Shown here piece after piece: positions 50,249 through 61,300 of a DNA stretch of 64,000 nt; within the stretch, counting starts at the first letter, position 1; each line of letters starts with the position of its first letter. The translations under genes were made by a program, and so were the position numbers. This stretch comes from Barthelona sp. PCE (lineage: Eukaryota): positions 496,001 through 560,000 of the forward strand of contig JAUFOR010000006.1 of NCBI GenBank assembly GCA_040285745.1. The letters are read 5' to 3'. The notes below the pieces were generated by a model. That model saw only the letters and a program-made list of their open reading frames with translations. It was not told where the DNA came from and made no database searches.

Positions 50249-52383
50249 GTTGCTGCTTACGAAACGGGTGAGAAAACGGGAACAGTAATGTTGGTTTGTG
50301 GGAGCGCTGCGCTGCGCCGGTGTGGGCGGCCTTGACAGGGTGCGTTCTTTCTGGGCTGGAACCCGCGCAGGCACCCCCTCCGTCTCATTAATTGAGAATC
50401 GCACTTAATGACGCATTTGTCCCCCCGCATCCTGGGGCGCGGGCGCGTGGCTGCGGGCGGGCCACGGGGGCGGCTGGGCGCTTGAATGCAGCTGGAATGT
50501 TGATTGCGGTTTACGGCATCGCAACGAACTACATGGGCTCCACGGCTGTGCGGCAGGTGCGACGGCGAGGGGCGACGGCTATGGGCGGAGCGGAGCGGTG
50601 GGAGTTGATTTGATTGGGCCTGTATCTGATAGAATCTCCCCCCAGCAATCGTCCCCGTGCGACCCGCCGGTGCCCCAGGGGGAGTGCGCATGGGCCCACC
50701 CGCCACACAGGTGCGTTGGACGCGTGCTGGGAGCTCCCGCCACAATCTGCATTCTCTCTTTTTCGTCCACTTTCGCGCATCACAAGCACCCCACGAATGA
50801 GCGACATCGAACCGCACATGTCCCCAGTCGAGGAGGAGATGGGAACCCTCGAGAGCATCACAACCAACGAACCTCCGCTCGAGACCGACGAGCAGCAGAT
50901 CCAGGCGGAAGAAATCCTGTCAGACGCCGAGACCGCCGTCAAGCTGATCGTTCCAGCCACAGACGACGAGTCAAACGGGCTTTCCGAGTCTGAGACCGAG
51001 TCTGAGCACACAGACGGGTCGGACGTCGAGAAGAAGGACGAGGGCCGCATGTCGTTCACCGGCAGCTTCCTCAGGTCGGCGTCATCCTTCTTCTTCCCCA
51101 AGACAGGCAGCCTGGGCTCCTTCATCCAGATCGACCTCGACGAGGATGTCAACGACGCAGGCAGGAGCCAGGTCCACCGCATCCGCGGCGTGTCTATGGC
51201 AGCCCCGTCGTTCTCGGCCGAGCACACGACGACCGTCCGTGCCCAGACAATCAACCTCATGAACAACCTCGTCGGCACCGGCGTCCTCTCGGTCTCGTAC
51301 GCCTTCTCGCTGCTGTCGTTCATCCCAACAATCATCGCAGTCATCGCCCTGGGCATCATGTCCGGTTACTCGATGATCCTGATCACGCACTGCTGCAACA
51401 TGTGTAAGAAGTTCACGTGGAAGGATATCCTCGTCGCGGCGTTCCCGCGCTATGTCCTCGGCGTTGTCGACTTCTTCATCTCGCTGCTCTGTCTGTGCTT
51501 TCTGACGGCGTACATGATCATCATCAAGGACTACTTCACGCCACTCGTAGAGATCTTCGTCGAACCCGGCTGGTACTCGTCAGGCAACTTTTTTGTTGGG
51601 AGTCATCGTCATCACAATCCTCCTCCCGCTGTCATTGCTGCGCTCGCTCAAGTCGCTGGCTACCGCATCTTCGATCGCGATCGTCGGTGTCATTGCATGC
51701 GCGTTCATCATCATATTCCGAAGCCTTGACTCCGGGTTTCCCGGGCTCGATACGTTCAGCCTGATCGCCCCGCGCAGCTTCAAGCACGCAATCAGCGGGC
51801 TGTCGATCCTACTTCTCATCTTCAGCGCGCACCTGAACATTCCCAAAATGTACGAGGAGCTGCACCATCGCTCCACGCCAAAGATGAAGAAGGTCGTCAA
51901 GCGCGCCATCTCAATCGACGGCATCTTCTACGTCGTAATCGGCATGTTTGCATACTTCCACTTCGGAACAGGATGCCAGCCAAACCTGCTGCTCAACTAC
52001 GACCCGACACACGTCACCGTCTACCTCGCCAAGTTCTTCATGTCTGTCGTCGTTTGCCTGTCGTTCCCCATCATCTGCTACGCCGCGAGGACGATCTTCA
52101 TGGGAATCTTCAACACGAAGAAGTACAAGCTGCTTATCGTTGTCGTCGTCGCGATGTGCTACGGTATGACGTTCCTAATAACCGACCTGGGAATCATCCT
52201 GCAGTTCGCGGGCGCGACTGTGTCGACGTTTGTCGTCTTCATGATGCCATCGCTGTCGTTCCTGTCGCTGACAAGGCCGGGCCGCACGACGCGCCTCAGG
52301 TACCGCGAGCACCGCAAGTACGCGTGGATGATGCTCGTCGCCGGCGTCTCGTTCTCGGTCCTCGGCCTGTATGCCATCTTTGC
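49641..52383. repeat. Inverted repeat arm B (2,743 bp, GC-rich)
   Basis: Reverse complement of 31175-33917. Confidence 0.97.
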
Positions 52384-52390
52384 AAAGTGA
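50797..52390 (+). pseudogene. Amino acid transporter copy B, frameshifted as assembled (+1 T in run 51589-51594); may be an intact gene with a sequencing error
   Basis: Same protein as copy A, split over two frames; T6 here versus T5 (A5 at 31964-31968) in copy A. Confidence 0.5.
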
Positions 52391-52521
52391 TCACATTAAT
52401 GATTTAATAAATTGGAATTCTGATTAGAATCAGCTAGCCACGTAAAAATAATTTCTAAACACTTAATATTATTTTTATTCAATATTTGCTGTCAAATCCA
52501 ATCAACTAACCGTCATACTGA

Positions 52522-55500
52522 TCAGTAAAAAGGAACACTTTCTTCAGCATCTGTGTCGTGCTGAGGTCCGCCAGCGATGGTTCCCATCATAATGCTCTTG
52601 ACGTCATTCACTTCATCATCCAAATGTATGGCACTCAGTGTTTTCTCCATGCTTTTAACTCTGGGCATGTCGTCTAGAGGTGCAAGCGGGGAGTAATCGC
52701 GTTCCATGTCTGTGAACTCGGGTACTTCCGAGAGCTCTTCCATCTCCTCCATGTCGAGTGCGAGAACATCAACCATGGAGACATCTGTGGCGTTGGCAAT
52801 TGATTCAAGCTCTTCATCGGAAAGCTCTTCACTTTCACAAACTCTACCTAACTGTTCTTCAGTTTCACTTTCTGAAGGAGAGTCCTTTTCCTTTCCTTCC
52901 TTGCGCCACTGTTCAAGGAGCTCCTTGAACTTAACGGACTCTTCATTTGAGAGCTCGATCTTTGAATCACCAATATTTAATAATGAAGGTGATGTGTCCA
53001 ACAGTCTCTTTTCTGAATTTTCCTTGGTGAGCTCATCATCGTTGCGGCACAGATCCTTGATCTGGCCGTAGAACATCCATAAGAACAGAATAACGTTGCT
53101 TAAAACGAGAATGAAATCAATAACACCAATCCAGGTTTTGGAACGATCAGAGATATTGGAATTCATGAGAATCATGGCCAATAGAGTGACGAATAGTGTC
53201 AACAGAGACACAAATTCAAGTAAATTATCGCGATAATCATCATAAGGCAGAAGTCTGGTATGAGCCAACAAGAATGCAAATAGGAACAGTAACGCAACCA
53301 TAGAACCTTCTGTCTGGTCAGCGAACAGGACAGTGGTCATGATAATGACAAGCTTCTTGCACATGACTGCAATCTCGAACATGTACGACTCAGGCTTGTA
53401 GTTGCTATACAGACAACCTAATAAAGCTTTGGCTTTGGGTTTGTTCAACGCCTTTTTCTTGTTGAGCCTGTTGAGGATGAACGCCAGTGTAAACGGAACA
53501 CCAATGACGTATACTGCAACGCCCAGATAGAAGTAGGGTTGGAATGAGTTCCACTTATCGTCGTAGCAAACGACATCAGGCGCCCTGAACAGGACCTGCA
53601 AGTCTCCACCTGAAGGGGAGTAGCAGTTTCTGATCGAAATAATGCTATCTGAAATAAAAGTGTAGGTATAAATTGCAATGAGCACAAACGCACTGACAAC
53701 CTTGTCAAACACGTTAACAAACGGTTTCTTGCGGTCCTTCATACACTTGCAACATCCCAAGATGCGAGGTAAAAGCCAGATCAAGCAACCAATGAAGAAT
53801 AGCACGGCGAAACAAATTGGAAGAAGCAATAACTTAACAATATAATAATCATAGAAAGTGAGGGGAGTTACGCACTGAGGGTTGACTGTAAAATTAAGGA
53901 AATCAAAGCTAAATGTCTCTTTGAAGAAATTAAATATTGAAGAGAAAAAGCTCTGTAAAGCACCTAAATCAAGGTTGAAAGTCTGGAAAAGACCCAAAAT
54001 CTGTGAGAAATTAATGAAAACAGCGAGTTTTGAGAACTTGACCAGACGTCCAATACGCTTCATACCCTTGCTGAATGAATCACTTGAGACCAGCTCCCAG
54101 AAATCACCAATGTCATCGGAAATTTCATCGGAAGCACTCTGCAGAACGATAAGGATGTACATGCCTGTAAGAGACAAGAATGTCATGATGCCAGTCTGTC
54201 CCGAACTAGATGGGCACTCGGCGCAAGATTCATCGGTCTTGTAGTAACCTTCATCACATGAAGCGCAACGGTCGCCAATATAGCCACTAGCACATTGAGT
54301 GGTACAGGCATCTGATGAGCAATTGGCAGCAACGAAACCAAGACATGCCTCCTCAGGCTGACACAACGAAATAAGAGCAAAATCCACTTCATCACGGTAA
54401 GCACCCTCTTCTGGGATTGGCCAGCGGTTGTTAGGCGCATCACAAGTGGCGTGGCTAGGACAGCTGTAGCATGGACCGCCAACAGCTCCGTAATAACCAC
54501 TGTTGCAGTAGCAGTCCATAACTGATGTTGAATGCTGAGCACTGGATGAATGGTCGGGGCATGTGTGGTATGTGGCTGCTGCTGTGGTGTTCACGTACGT
54601 TCCCTCGGGAGCATCAGCACACTGGATTGCACCACGCTCATCGGCGTACGTGCCAATAGAACAATTGGTACAAACATCCTCGAACGTAGTCGCTTGTTGA
54701 CCAAGTTCGCACTTGTTGAATTCGAAAGTCATGTTTGTGAGTTCGAAATCATCAGCAAACAGTGAAACAAACACATCTGCCTCAATGCTGTAACGGAAAG
54801 ATGGAACAGTGAAGTTTGCGTGAGTTGCGTTCATGAATGTTATGATTGCGTCGCTCTCACCAATAAGGTCTTCATAAGTACCATTGAAACGGAGTTTGGG
54901 TTTGGTTGAAGCAGCAGAGCCGACGAACGCTGTGAAGCCTTCACCGATGAGGTAGTTCACAACCTGACCGTACTGATAATGTTCAGCAAACTCAAGAGAT
55001 GTAAACGTGGGGGGATAGGTCACATAGATCGTTACAGGCTCGAAGCTATAAATAGGCGAGATTTCAGCACTCATCTCGATCGTGTACGAGCCGAGAGACA
55101 GCTTTGAACACATTGACGCGGTGTTGAATCTGACGATGAATGTCTTCAAGTCCTCAGACACGTCATCTGACGCAATGGTCTGGGTGTGCACAACGTCGTC
55201 GAGTTGGTCAGTCAGAATGATGCTGAAAACAGTCTCATTGGTAGCTGTCGGAATGGGAGCTTCGTGAAAAATGGTTAAGTTGACCTCGGGTTCGGTTAAA
55301 TCACAAAACGGTGTTAGGAGGTACTCACTGAGTTTAGAAATCTCGATTTCCGATCCCTCAACATATGTTAAAGTGGGGTCTGATGATGAAATCTCAAGGA
55401 AATCTATTCCGTTGGGAGAATACAGCAGACTGACGGTTTTACCCGCGGAGAAGAATGGAGTGGCCACGACAATGGTCGCACCGTCAACTGACTTGGTGTT

Positions 55501-57507
55501 CACATCGATATACGAAGCTGTGTCATCGACATTAATAAAACGAATTACGCTGTTGACTCCGTTGATGGTGTTTGCAGGGCTGTCCATTGTGATCGTGAGC
55601 TCCTTACCGGACAGAGCAACGCTTAACTCATCGAAATTGATCGACTCAACGCGCTGTGTGATGTAAGAACTAATTGCAACTGGAATATCGGTGTTATCAG
55701 AACGTGTTCCAGTCCAATAAACCTCGATCTCATACGTGTCAATGGTGCCCAACACGATGTTGGAGCTGGTCTGGACTGTGAACTGAAGATCATCGCCTAG
55801 TGTGGAGTAATCCAAGTCGAGATCCTCTTCGTATGTCACTGAACCACCCTTATAAAGAACAAACTTGGGGGTTAAATCGGTCCATCGGGAAAGATCTGGG
55901 ACCTGTGACGACTGATATTTGATCTCAAGTGATGTGTTGACACCAACAGGAAGACTCGTGGTTGACAATGAGACGGGCGACGGAACAACAAAGAACGTGA
56001 GAGTTGAGTTCTCGTTGATGTACTCGTCAGGAACGTTGCCTGTCCACCAGCCAACTGGTAGCCCGAAATCATAAGTGGCAAACGTAGTTGTCGAAAACCT
56101 TTCAAGTAAGGCATCCTTCTCAAGCCTAATGTTGAGCAGACATGTGGTCTGACCACTACACTCGGTGGGAACGTTGACATTGTCCAGCGGGTTATCCTTG
56201 CCAAGTACCATACGTGTGATGGTTTGTGAAACTTGACTTGTTGGATCATTGTAAGATGGATACACTTCAGAGTAGTCACCAATAGTCAGTGCAATATCCA
56301 CCCCATAACCCGGGTTTGATCCAATGTACTCAACCAGATTCGGGGAAATAGATGTAACTTTCGGTAGCGAAACAGTATCAGTAGCATTTAAAAATGTGTG
56401 CAAAACAATGCACTCATAGATATTTGTTTCAGCATAGCTTACGAAAAAGCCATCGGGTGCCACGTCATGAGGCCAATCTTCGTTAAAGACAACACGGATT
56501 GAAAGATTTGTTATAGCATCATCAAATATTTGCTCATAGTTGAAGAATCCTTTCGTGTATTCACTAATATCCAATGAATACCTATCAGAAATAGTGCTTT
56601 CATGAGAAACACACATATAAACTTCAGCCTCCACGTTACCCATACATATTTTGAGAGTATCATCATAATAATCAAGATCATTAAAAGAAAATGAGTCATC
56701 TGAAGACAATTTCAATTCAATAATATCTGGATACGTAGACTGTTCTTGAAATATTTGATCAGGTAATACTGACTCAATCGTCAACACAATATCCGTTGAT
56801 CCATCAAAATCTTCCCCCTCTAAATCAGGACAATACGTCATATCCAGAATAAATGTGTCATACCATGACATTCCTTGATACTCAAGCATTGGATCTGGAC
56901 TGAACTGTTGTTGTAAATCTCTTGAAACGTTACATGCCCACCATCCTGATGGGGTGATTGAAGTAAGATTACAAGATGATATCATGTCATCTGCAAACGT
57001 AAATAACATTTTTGGAGTATCAAGATATTCATTACTGTCTCTAATAAAGAATGGAAGAAAGTTAGATACATTATAATGAATATCCTTAAAGCGTGTCATC
57101 ACAGGTAAAGGTGTATTATAAATTAGAAATCCACTGAAATATATTTGCCCTTCTGAATTTTTAAATTGCATTTGTAATTCTGTAACTTCAGGTGATTCTC
57201 TCCTGGGTACATAACATCTGTGCACCAAGATATTACCTCCATCATACCCTACTACCTCTGGTTGAAAGCAATCAAGCTCTTTGTCAAACACTTCTTCACC
57301 AGTATCATAATAAATTGAATATGGAAAATATGGAAAGATTGATGCTGTTCTCATGTCGACCGGTAACATGACTAGACTTGTGGATTGAGAATCTGGGACT
57401 CCTTTTTGATAATCTGGATGTGAAGACCATGATATTTCACATACACCAATTGATACAATAGAAAGCAGAACAATCATCTGTAAAACTTTAATGTTCGGTA
57501 AAAACAT
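52522..57507 (-). CDS. Large cell-surface receptor-like protein: signal peptide, Ig/IPT-like beta domains, Cys-rich (GCC2/GCC3- and EGF-like) repeats, ~7-9 TM region, acidic tail
   Basis: Hydrophobic N-terminus; PKVTSISP and YSPNGIDF (IPT-like); C..C..GTY....G...C repeats; GCLYSNYKPESYMFE and PYDDYRDNLLE motifs typical of protist Cys-rich multi-TM families. Confidence 0.85.
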   Translation of the reverse strand: MFLPNIKVLQMIVLLSIVSIGVCEISWSSHPDYQKGVPDSQSTSLVMLPVDMRTASIFPYFPYSIYYDTGEEVFDKELDCFQPEVVGYDGGNILVHRCYVPRRESPEVTELQMQFKNSEGQIYFSGFLIYNTPLPVMTRFKDIHYNVSNFLPFFIRDSNEYLDTPKMLFTFADDMISSCNLTSITPSGWWACNVSRDLQQQFSPDPMLEYQGMSWYDTFILDMTYCPDLEGEDFDGSTDIVLTIESVLPDQIFQEQSTYPDIIELKLSSDDSFSFNDLDYYDDTLKICMGNVEAEVYMCVSHESTISDRYSLDISEYTKGFFNYEQIFDDAITNLSIRVVFNEDWPHDVAPDGFFVSYAETNIYECIVLHTFLNATDTVSLPKVTSISPNLVEYIGSNPGYGVDIALTIGDYSEVYPSYNDPTSQVSQTITRMVLGKDNPLDNVNVPTECSGQTTCLLNIRLEKDALLERFSTTTFATYDFGLPVGWWTGNVPDEYINENSTLTFFVVPSPVSLSTTSLPVGVNTSLEIKYQSSQVPDLSRWTDLTPKFVLYKGGSVTYEEDLDLDYSTLGDDLQFTVQTSSNIVLGTIDTYEIEVYWTGTRSDNTDIPVAISSYITQRVESINFDELSVALSGKELTITMDSPANTINGVNSVIRFINVDDTASYIDVNTKSVDGATIVVATPFFSAGKTVSLLYSPNGIDFLEISSSDPTLTYVEGSEIEISKLSEYLLTPFCDLTEPEVNLTIFHEAPIPTATNETVFSIILTDQLDDVVHTQTIASDDVSEDLKTFIVRFNTASMCSKLSLGSYTIEMSAEISPIYSFEPVTIYVTYPPTFTSLEFAEHYQYGQVVNYLIGEGFTAFVGSAASTKPKLRFNGTYEDLIGESDAIITFMNATHANFTVPSFRYSIEADVFVSLFADDFELTNMTFEFNKCELGQQATTFEDVCTNCSIGTYADERGAIQCADAPEGTYVNTTAAATYHTCPDHSSSAQHSTSVMDCYCNSGYYGAVGGPCYSCPSHATCDAPNNRWPIPEEGAYRDEVDFALISLCQPEEACLGFVAANCSSDACTTQCASGYIGDRCASCDEGYYKTDESCAECPSSSGQTGIMTFLSLTGMYILIVLQSASDEISDDIGDFWELVSSDSFSKGMKRIGRLVKFSKLAVFINFSQILGLFQTFNLDLGALQSFFSSIFNFFKETFSFDFLNFTVNPQCVTPLTFYDYYIVKLLLLPICFAVLFFIGCLIWLLPRILGCCKCMKDRKKPFVNVFDKVVSAFVLIAIYTYTFISDSIISIRNCYSPSGGDLQVLFRAPDVVCYDDKWNSFQPYFYLGVAVYVIGVPFTLAFILNRLNKKKALNKPKAKALLGCLYSNYKPESYMFEIAVMCKKLVIIMTTVLFADQTEGSMVALLFLFAFLLAHTRLLPYDDYRDNLLEFVSLLTLFVTLLAMILMNSNISDRSKTWIGVIDFILVLSNVILFLWMFYGQIKDLCRNDDELTKENSEKRLLDTSPSLLNIGDSKIELSNEESVKFKELLEQWRKEGKEKDSPSESETEEQLGRVCESEELSDEELESIANATDVSMVDVLALDMEEMEELSEVPEFTDMERDYSPLAPLDDMPRVKSMEKTLSAIHLDDEVNDVKSIMMGTIAGGPQHDTDAEESVPFY

Positions 57508-57518
57508 AGCTGCTTAAC

Positions 57519-57592
57519 CTAAAATAAAGTTAAAAACAATAAAGAAAAGGAAGAATATGTAAAACTGCACTGATAGGAATAAATATAAATAC
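57519..57592 (-). other. Candidate 74-nt 5'-UTR intron of the surface-receptor gene
   Basis: GG|GTATTT...TTTTAAC-TTTATTTTAG|G ending 11 nt before the ATG at 57507. Confidence 0.5.
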
Positions 57593-57992
57593 CCGTGCAG
57601 TACAGTGATAGCAATGTACGTTTAACCCATCTAAAGTGTCTTGCTTAACATAAATATTTAATACTGAGGATTTCCGAAAACAGTGTAGATTAAAGAATCG
57701 TTACCATCAATGAATGCACATCAAACACTCAGATCGGACATGGAGCATGAATTCATGCTTTCATGTACTCAGAAAGCTGAAAAAATCTGAAATAGCTTGA
57801 CTGAAATCTCAAGAAAAAACTCATTTATTTTACTCCAATAAACTCTTTAAATCCATTGCCACACTCAAAAATTGCAAAAAAATATCTAAATTACAACATA
57901 ACTTCAAATTTCAAAACCTAATGCATTAACTTAACTTAGCCACTATAGGATCACACAACCCAGTCCACACACTAGAAAAATATACCCACGCC

Positions 57993-58241
57993 TTATTTAA
58001 TGCTTGCAGAAGGAGTCTGAGTTTGGGGAACCTGCTTGCCATCATCAAAGTCAAATTGTGCTGCCTTTGCCATTGGAGTACGATTGTCTTCGGGTGACCG
58101 GAAGCCGAAGACGTCTGCTGTTGTTGTTGCCTTCACAGGTGTCTCAAGAACTGTAGTCTGACTAATCTGCTCATATTCTTCTTCAATTTCTGCATTTTCA
58201 TCATTATCACGATGGCCAACCTTTGATGACTTGGACCCCAT
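57993..58241 (-). CDS. Small (82 aa) disordered protein with N-myristoylation-like start
   Basis: MGSKSSK fits MGxxxS; several S/T-P sites; no family recognised. Confidence 0.65.
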   Translation of the reverse strand: MGSKSSKVGHRDNDENAEIEEEYEQISQTTVLETPVKATTTADVFGFRSPEDNRTPMAKAAQFDFDDGKQVPQTQTPSASIK

Positions 58242-58318
58242 TGTGTTAAAAACAAGAATAAAAGGGTTATATTGTTGTATTCGCTTTATCATAGCTTTAT
58301 CTTACTCATTCTATAGCA

Positions 58319-61300
58319 ATGAGCGAAGACGAACACATAAGTACCGAGACAGGGCCTCAGGAGTTAGAAGAACAACCCGAAACACAGGAACAGCCCAATG
58401 AACCTGAAGCTGAGAAGTTTTCCGGTGAAGTTGAAGCTGATGAGTTGGAGCAAGCGGATGACAAGATTCAGGGTATCGAGCTGGATGATTCGGATAACGA
58501 AGAAGACGATGCCAACCTTCTAACAAAAACTGCTTTCGTCTTTGACGAACTGGACGATGCGGCTACTCGAAGTGCATACTTCAAGGAACAGGCTGAAGGT
58601 CAAATCGATAGAGATATGGCAGAGGAAGAAGAAGGCCAAGAAGATGAAGAACTTGTTGAAGAATATATTGAACCACAAGCTCTTCTTACCACTGGACATG
58701 TCGACGCCACACTTGCACGGTTCTTTGACAAGTCAATGTATCACCATCCTATCATTGAATCTGCTAAAACACCAGTTGTTCCAGCACCACCAATGCCCAC
58801 TGTTGAAGAGCAGGCTAAGGAGCAGGCTGAAGTTGAAAAGACGGCATCTGTGCTCAGAGAGCAAAATATTGATGAAGTTGTAGATTTTATGAAAAATTAT
58901 CTTTTTGAACTAAGATATCGAAAGGAAATTCATATGACAATGATGAGCGGCATGAACATTTGGGATAACACAGATGAACTCTTTTATAAGAACGTTGAGA
59001 AGTTTTTAAGAATATTAGTAGATTACAAGTGGAGTTTATTAGAACCTGAATATCTTCGTATCTATCAAACTGATGAGATTAATGAAATTTTTGAATTCTT
59101 TGGTTATGAGCCAATTATTTCTAACATGGATTTAAGGACACAAAATTATCTTTCTGGTTTGCGTTTATGGCGTTTTTATGATATTATGGAGATGGTTGTA
59201 CCTTTGAAACAACAGAAGACAGAGTTCACACAACTTGTTAAACAGTATATTTTCCCTGATTGTGGTGAAGAAGGGATATTCCCAAAGACATTGCAAGAAA
59301 AATATCGTACTGTGATCATTGATAAGGTGAAGTCTGTATATGTCATGCATGACCTTCAGGATAAGTTTTATCCAATGAATGAAGATATTTTAAGCGTTTT
59401 TACATTGTTTCCTCATGAAATTTCGGAGAATATTGAGGTTGGTACATTAATTCATGAACCAAAATTGCAAGGAACGTTAGAAACTGATATGAGCTTTTCT
59501 ATGAGTGAAGAAACAGTTAGTGAAATTGTTATCAACAAATACGTAGAATGTTTAGTTAAAGATATTTCTATTCGTAACGTCACCAGAGATTTATTTATTA
59601 AGAATTCTTCTATTAAAATGAAGGGTGATAGTATTCCTGAGTTTTTAAAGGGTGAATACAATTTTGTTGATCTATTTGCTCCTTTAAGTGGTCAAATCAT
59701 TGGTTTAGTTGGTGAAATCACCAATCTAATTCATTTAGGTCAAGCTAATATTGAAATTATTGTCACCAAGGAACAACGTCAAAATTTATTCAATACTGTT
59801 ATGGCTGCTTCATCCAACTCTGAAATGCAGTATCTGCACAAAACTATGCGTAAGGTTTGGGGTCGTGCACTTAAGAAACTCCATAATTATCATGTTAAGA
59901 CTATTAAAGGTCTGATCCTTGAAGAAGGTGAACGTCAACTTATTTTAGAACTTCAAAATTCTTATCGTGAACTTTCTCTTATCGCCCCATTCAACACACA
60001 ATCTTTCCCAGGTCATGTAATTGGTGCATATGTTCAAGATTCACGGTTTTATCGCTCCAAAACTGGTGGCGATTTAGTTTTCCTTAACCAACAAGGTGTT
60101 GTTGATGATCATTTCACTCTTCCCAATGCAATTCCTAAGATGAGTCTGAATCAAAAACGACCTCTGTTAACAAAGTTACAGGAAAGATGCAAGAGCGAAG
60201 AGAATCGTATCGTTGCAATTGCTGTTGCTGTTGATTCACTGGATACTTTACGTCTCATCAATAATCTCTTCTCTTTCGTGATGGATTTCCCTAACGCTAT
60301 TGAGATTGTACCTGTACCTGTTATTTCTCTACCTAATAGTTCTTTCAATAATTTATTCATTACTGATGCCAATTTCAGTTTAGATTCTGAGGCAAAACGT
60401 AGAGCTATCACTGCTGCTCTTTATCTTCAATCACCATTATTCCTCTATTCTTTAGTTGAAGCAAGCAACAGAGGTATCATTGCTGCTCAGCATTCGAAGT
60501 ACTTTACGTCATTTAACACAAAGCGTATCAAGAACGAAGGTCTCATGTGTGAAGCCCTCGAACGTGCCACTTCAGATGCATTGCTTGCCGTTGGTGTTGA
60601 TATCATCGACAAGGACCAGTTCTCCAGGTTCGTTCCCTTGTTACCAGGTGTACCACGTACAATTGCAAACAGCCTTGCTTTTGACGATGATGCAACCACC
60701 CGTTCCAAGATTCTAAAGAAGTTAACACCTTCTGTTGCCAAGTCTGTTGCAACTGCCATTCGTTCAAGTCTAAGTCCAGCTCAAATTCGCAACCATGATA
60801 TTAGTTCTTATGATTTGATGGATTGTTTCCGTATTCATCCTGATGATTATGATCTCATTAGAGGTTTCATGCAGTTTACAATTGAAAAGAGCGATGAACT
60901 CTTGAGTTCTGAGCAAGAACAGAACAAAAAGCTTCTGGAATCACTTGAAATGAGTTTAAAGGACCAAGAAGATGCAAGAGATGATGCTGATCAGCAATAT
61001 GGTGAGCTGAAAACACAACTGGAACAATTACAGGCTCAACCACAGCCCGCCAACACTTGGTCCATGGATGATGATCATGATCCAGATGCTATGCAACGTA
61101 TCTCTATTCAGAATCAACTCAATGCAAAGAGTGAGGAATTGAACCAACTCGCTATGGATTGCGATAGTCTTCGTCAGAACATTCTTGCACTCAAGGATGA
61201 GGCCAGTAAGTTTACTGAAATTCCTCAACGTAATAAGAAACATGTAGTGCAGGATTATATTTTAAGGGAAGGAAAGCATATTCCCCAACGAGTAACTGAA

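Noticed and set aside
31168-52390. Composite transposon or mobile element interpretation of the inverted repeats
   Set aside because: The arms encode no transposase, integrase or reverse transcriptase and have no terminal inverted repeats of their own; the enclosed genes are ordinary housekeeping genes.
49616-52402. ATTAATGA on both sides of arm B (49616-49623 and 52395-52402) as an 8-bp target-site duplication
   Set aside because: AT-rich word next to probable AATAAA signals, not flush with the repeat ends, and with no counterpart around arm A; chance is likely.
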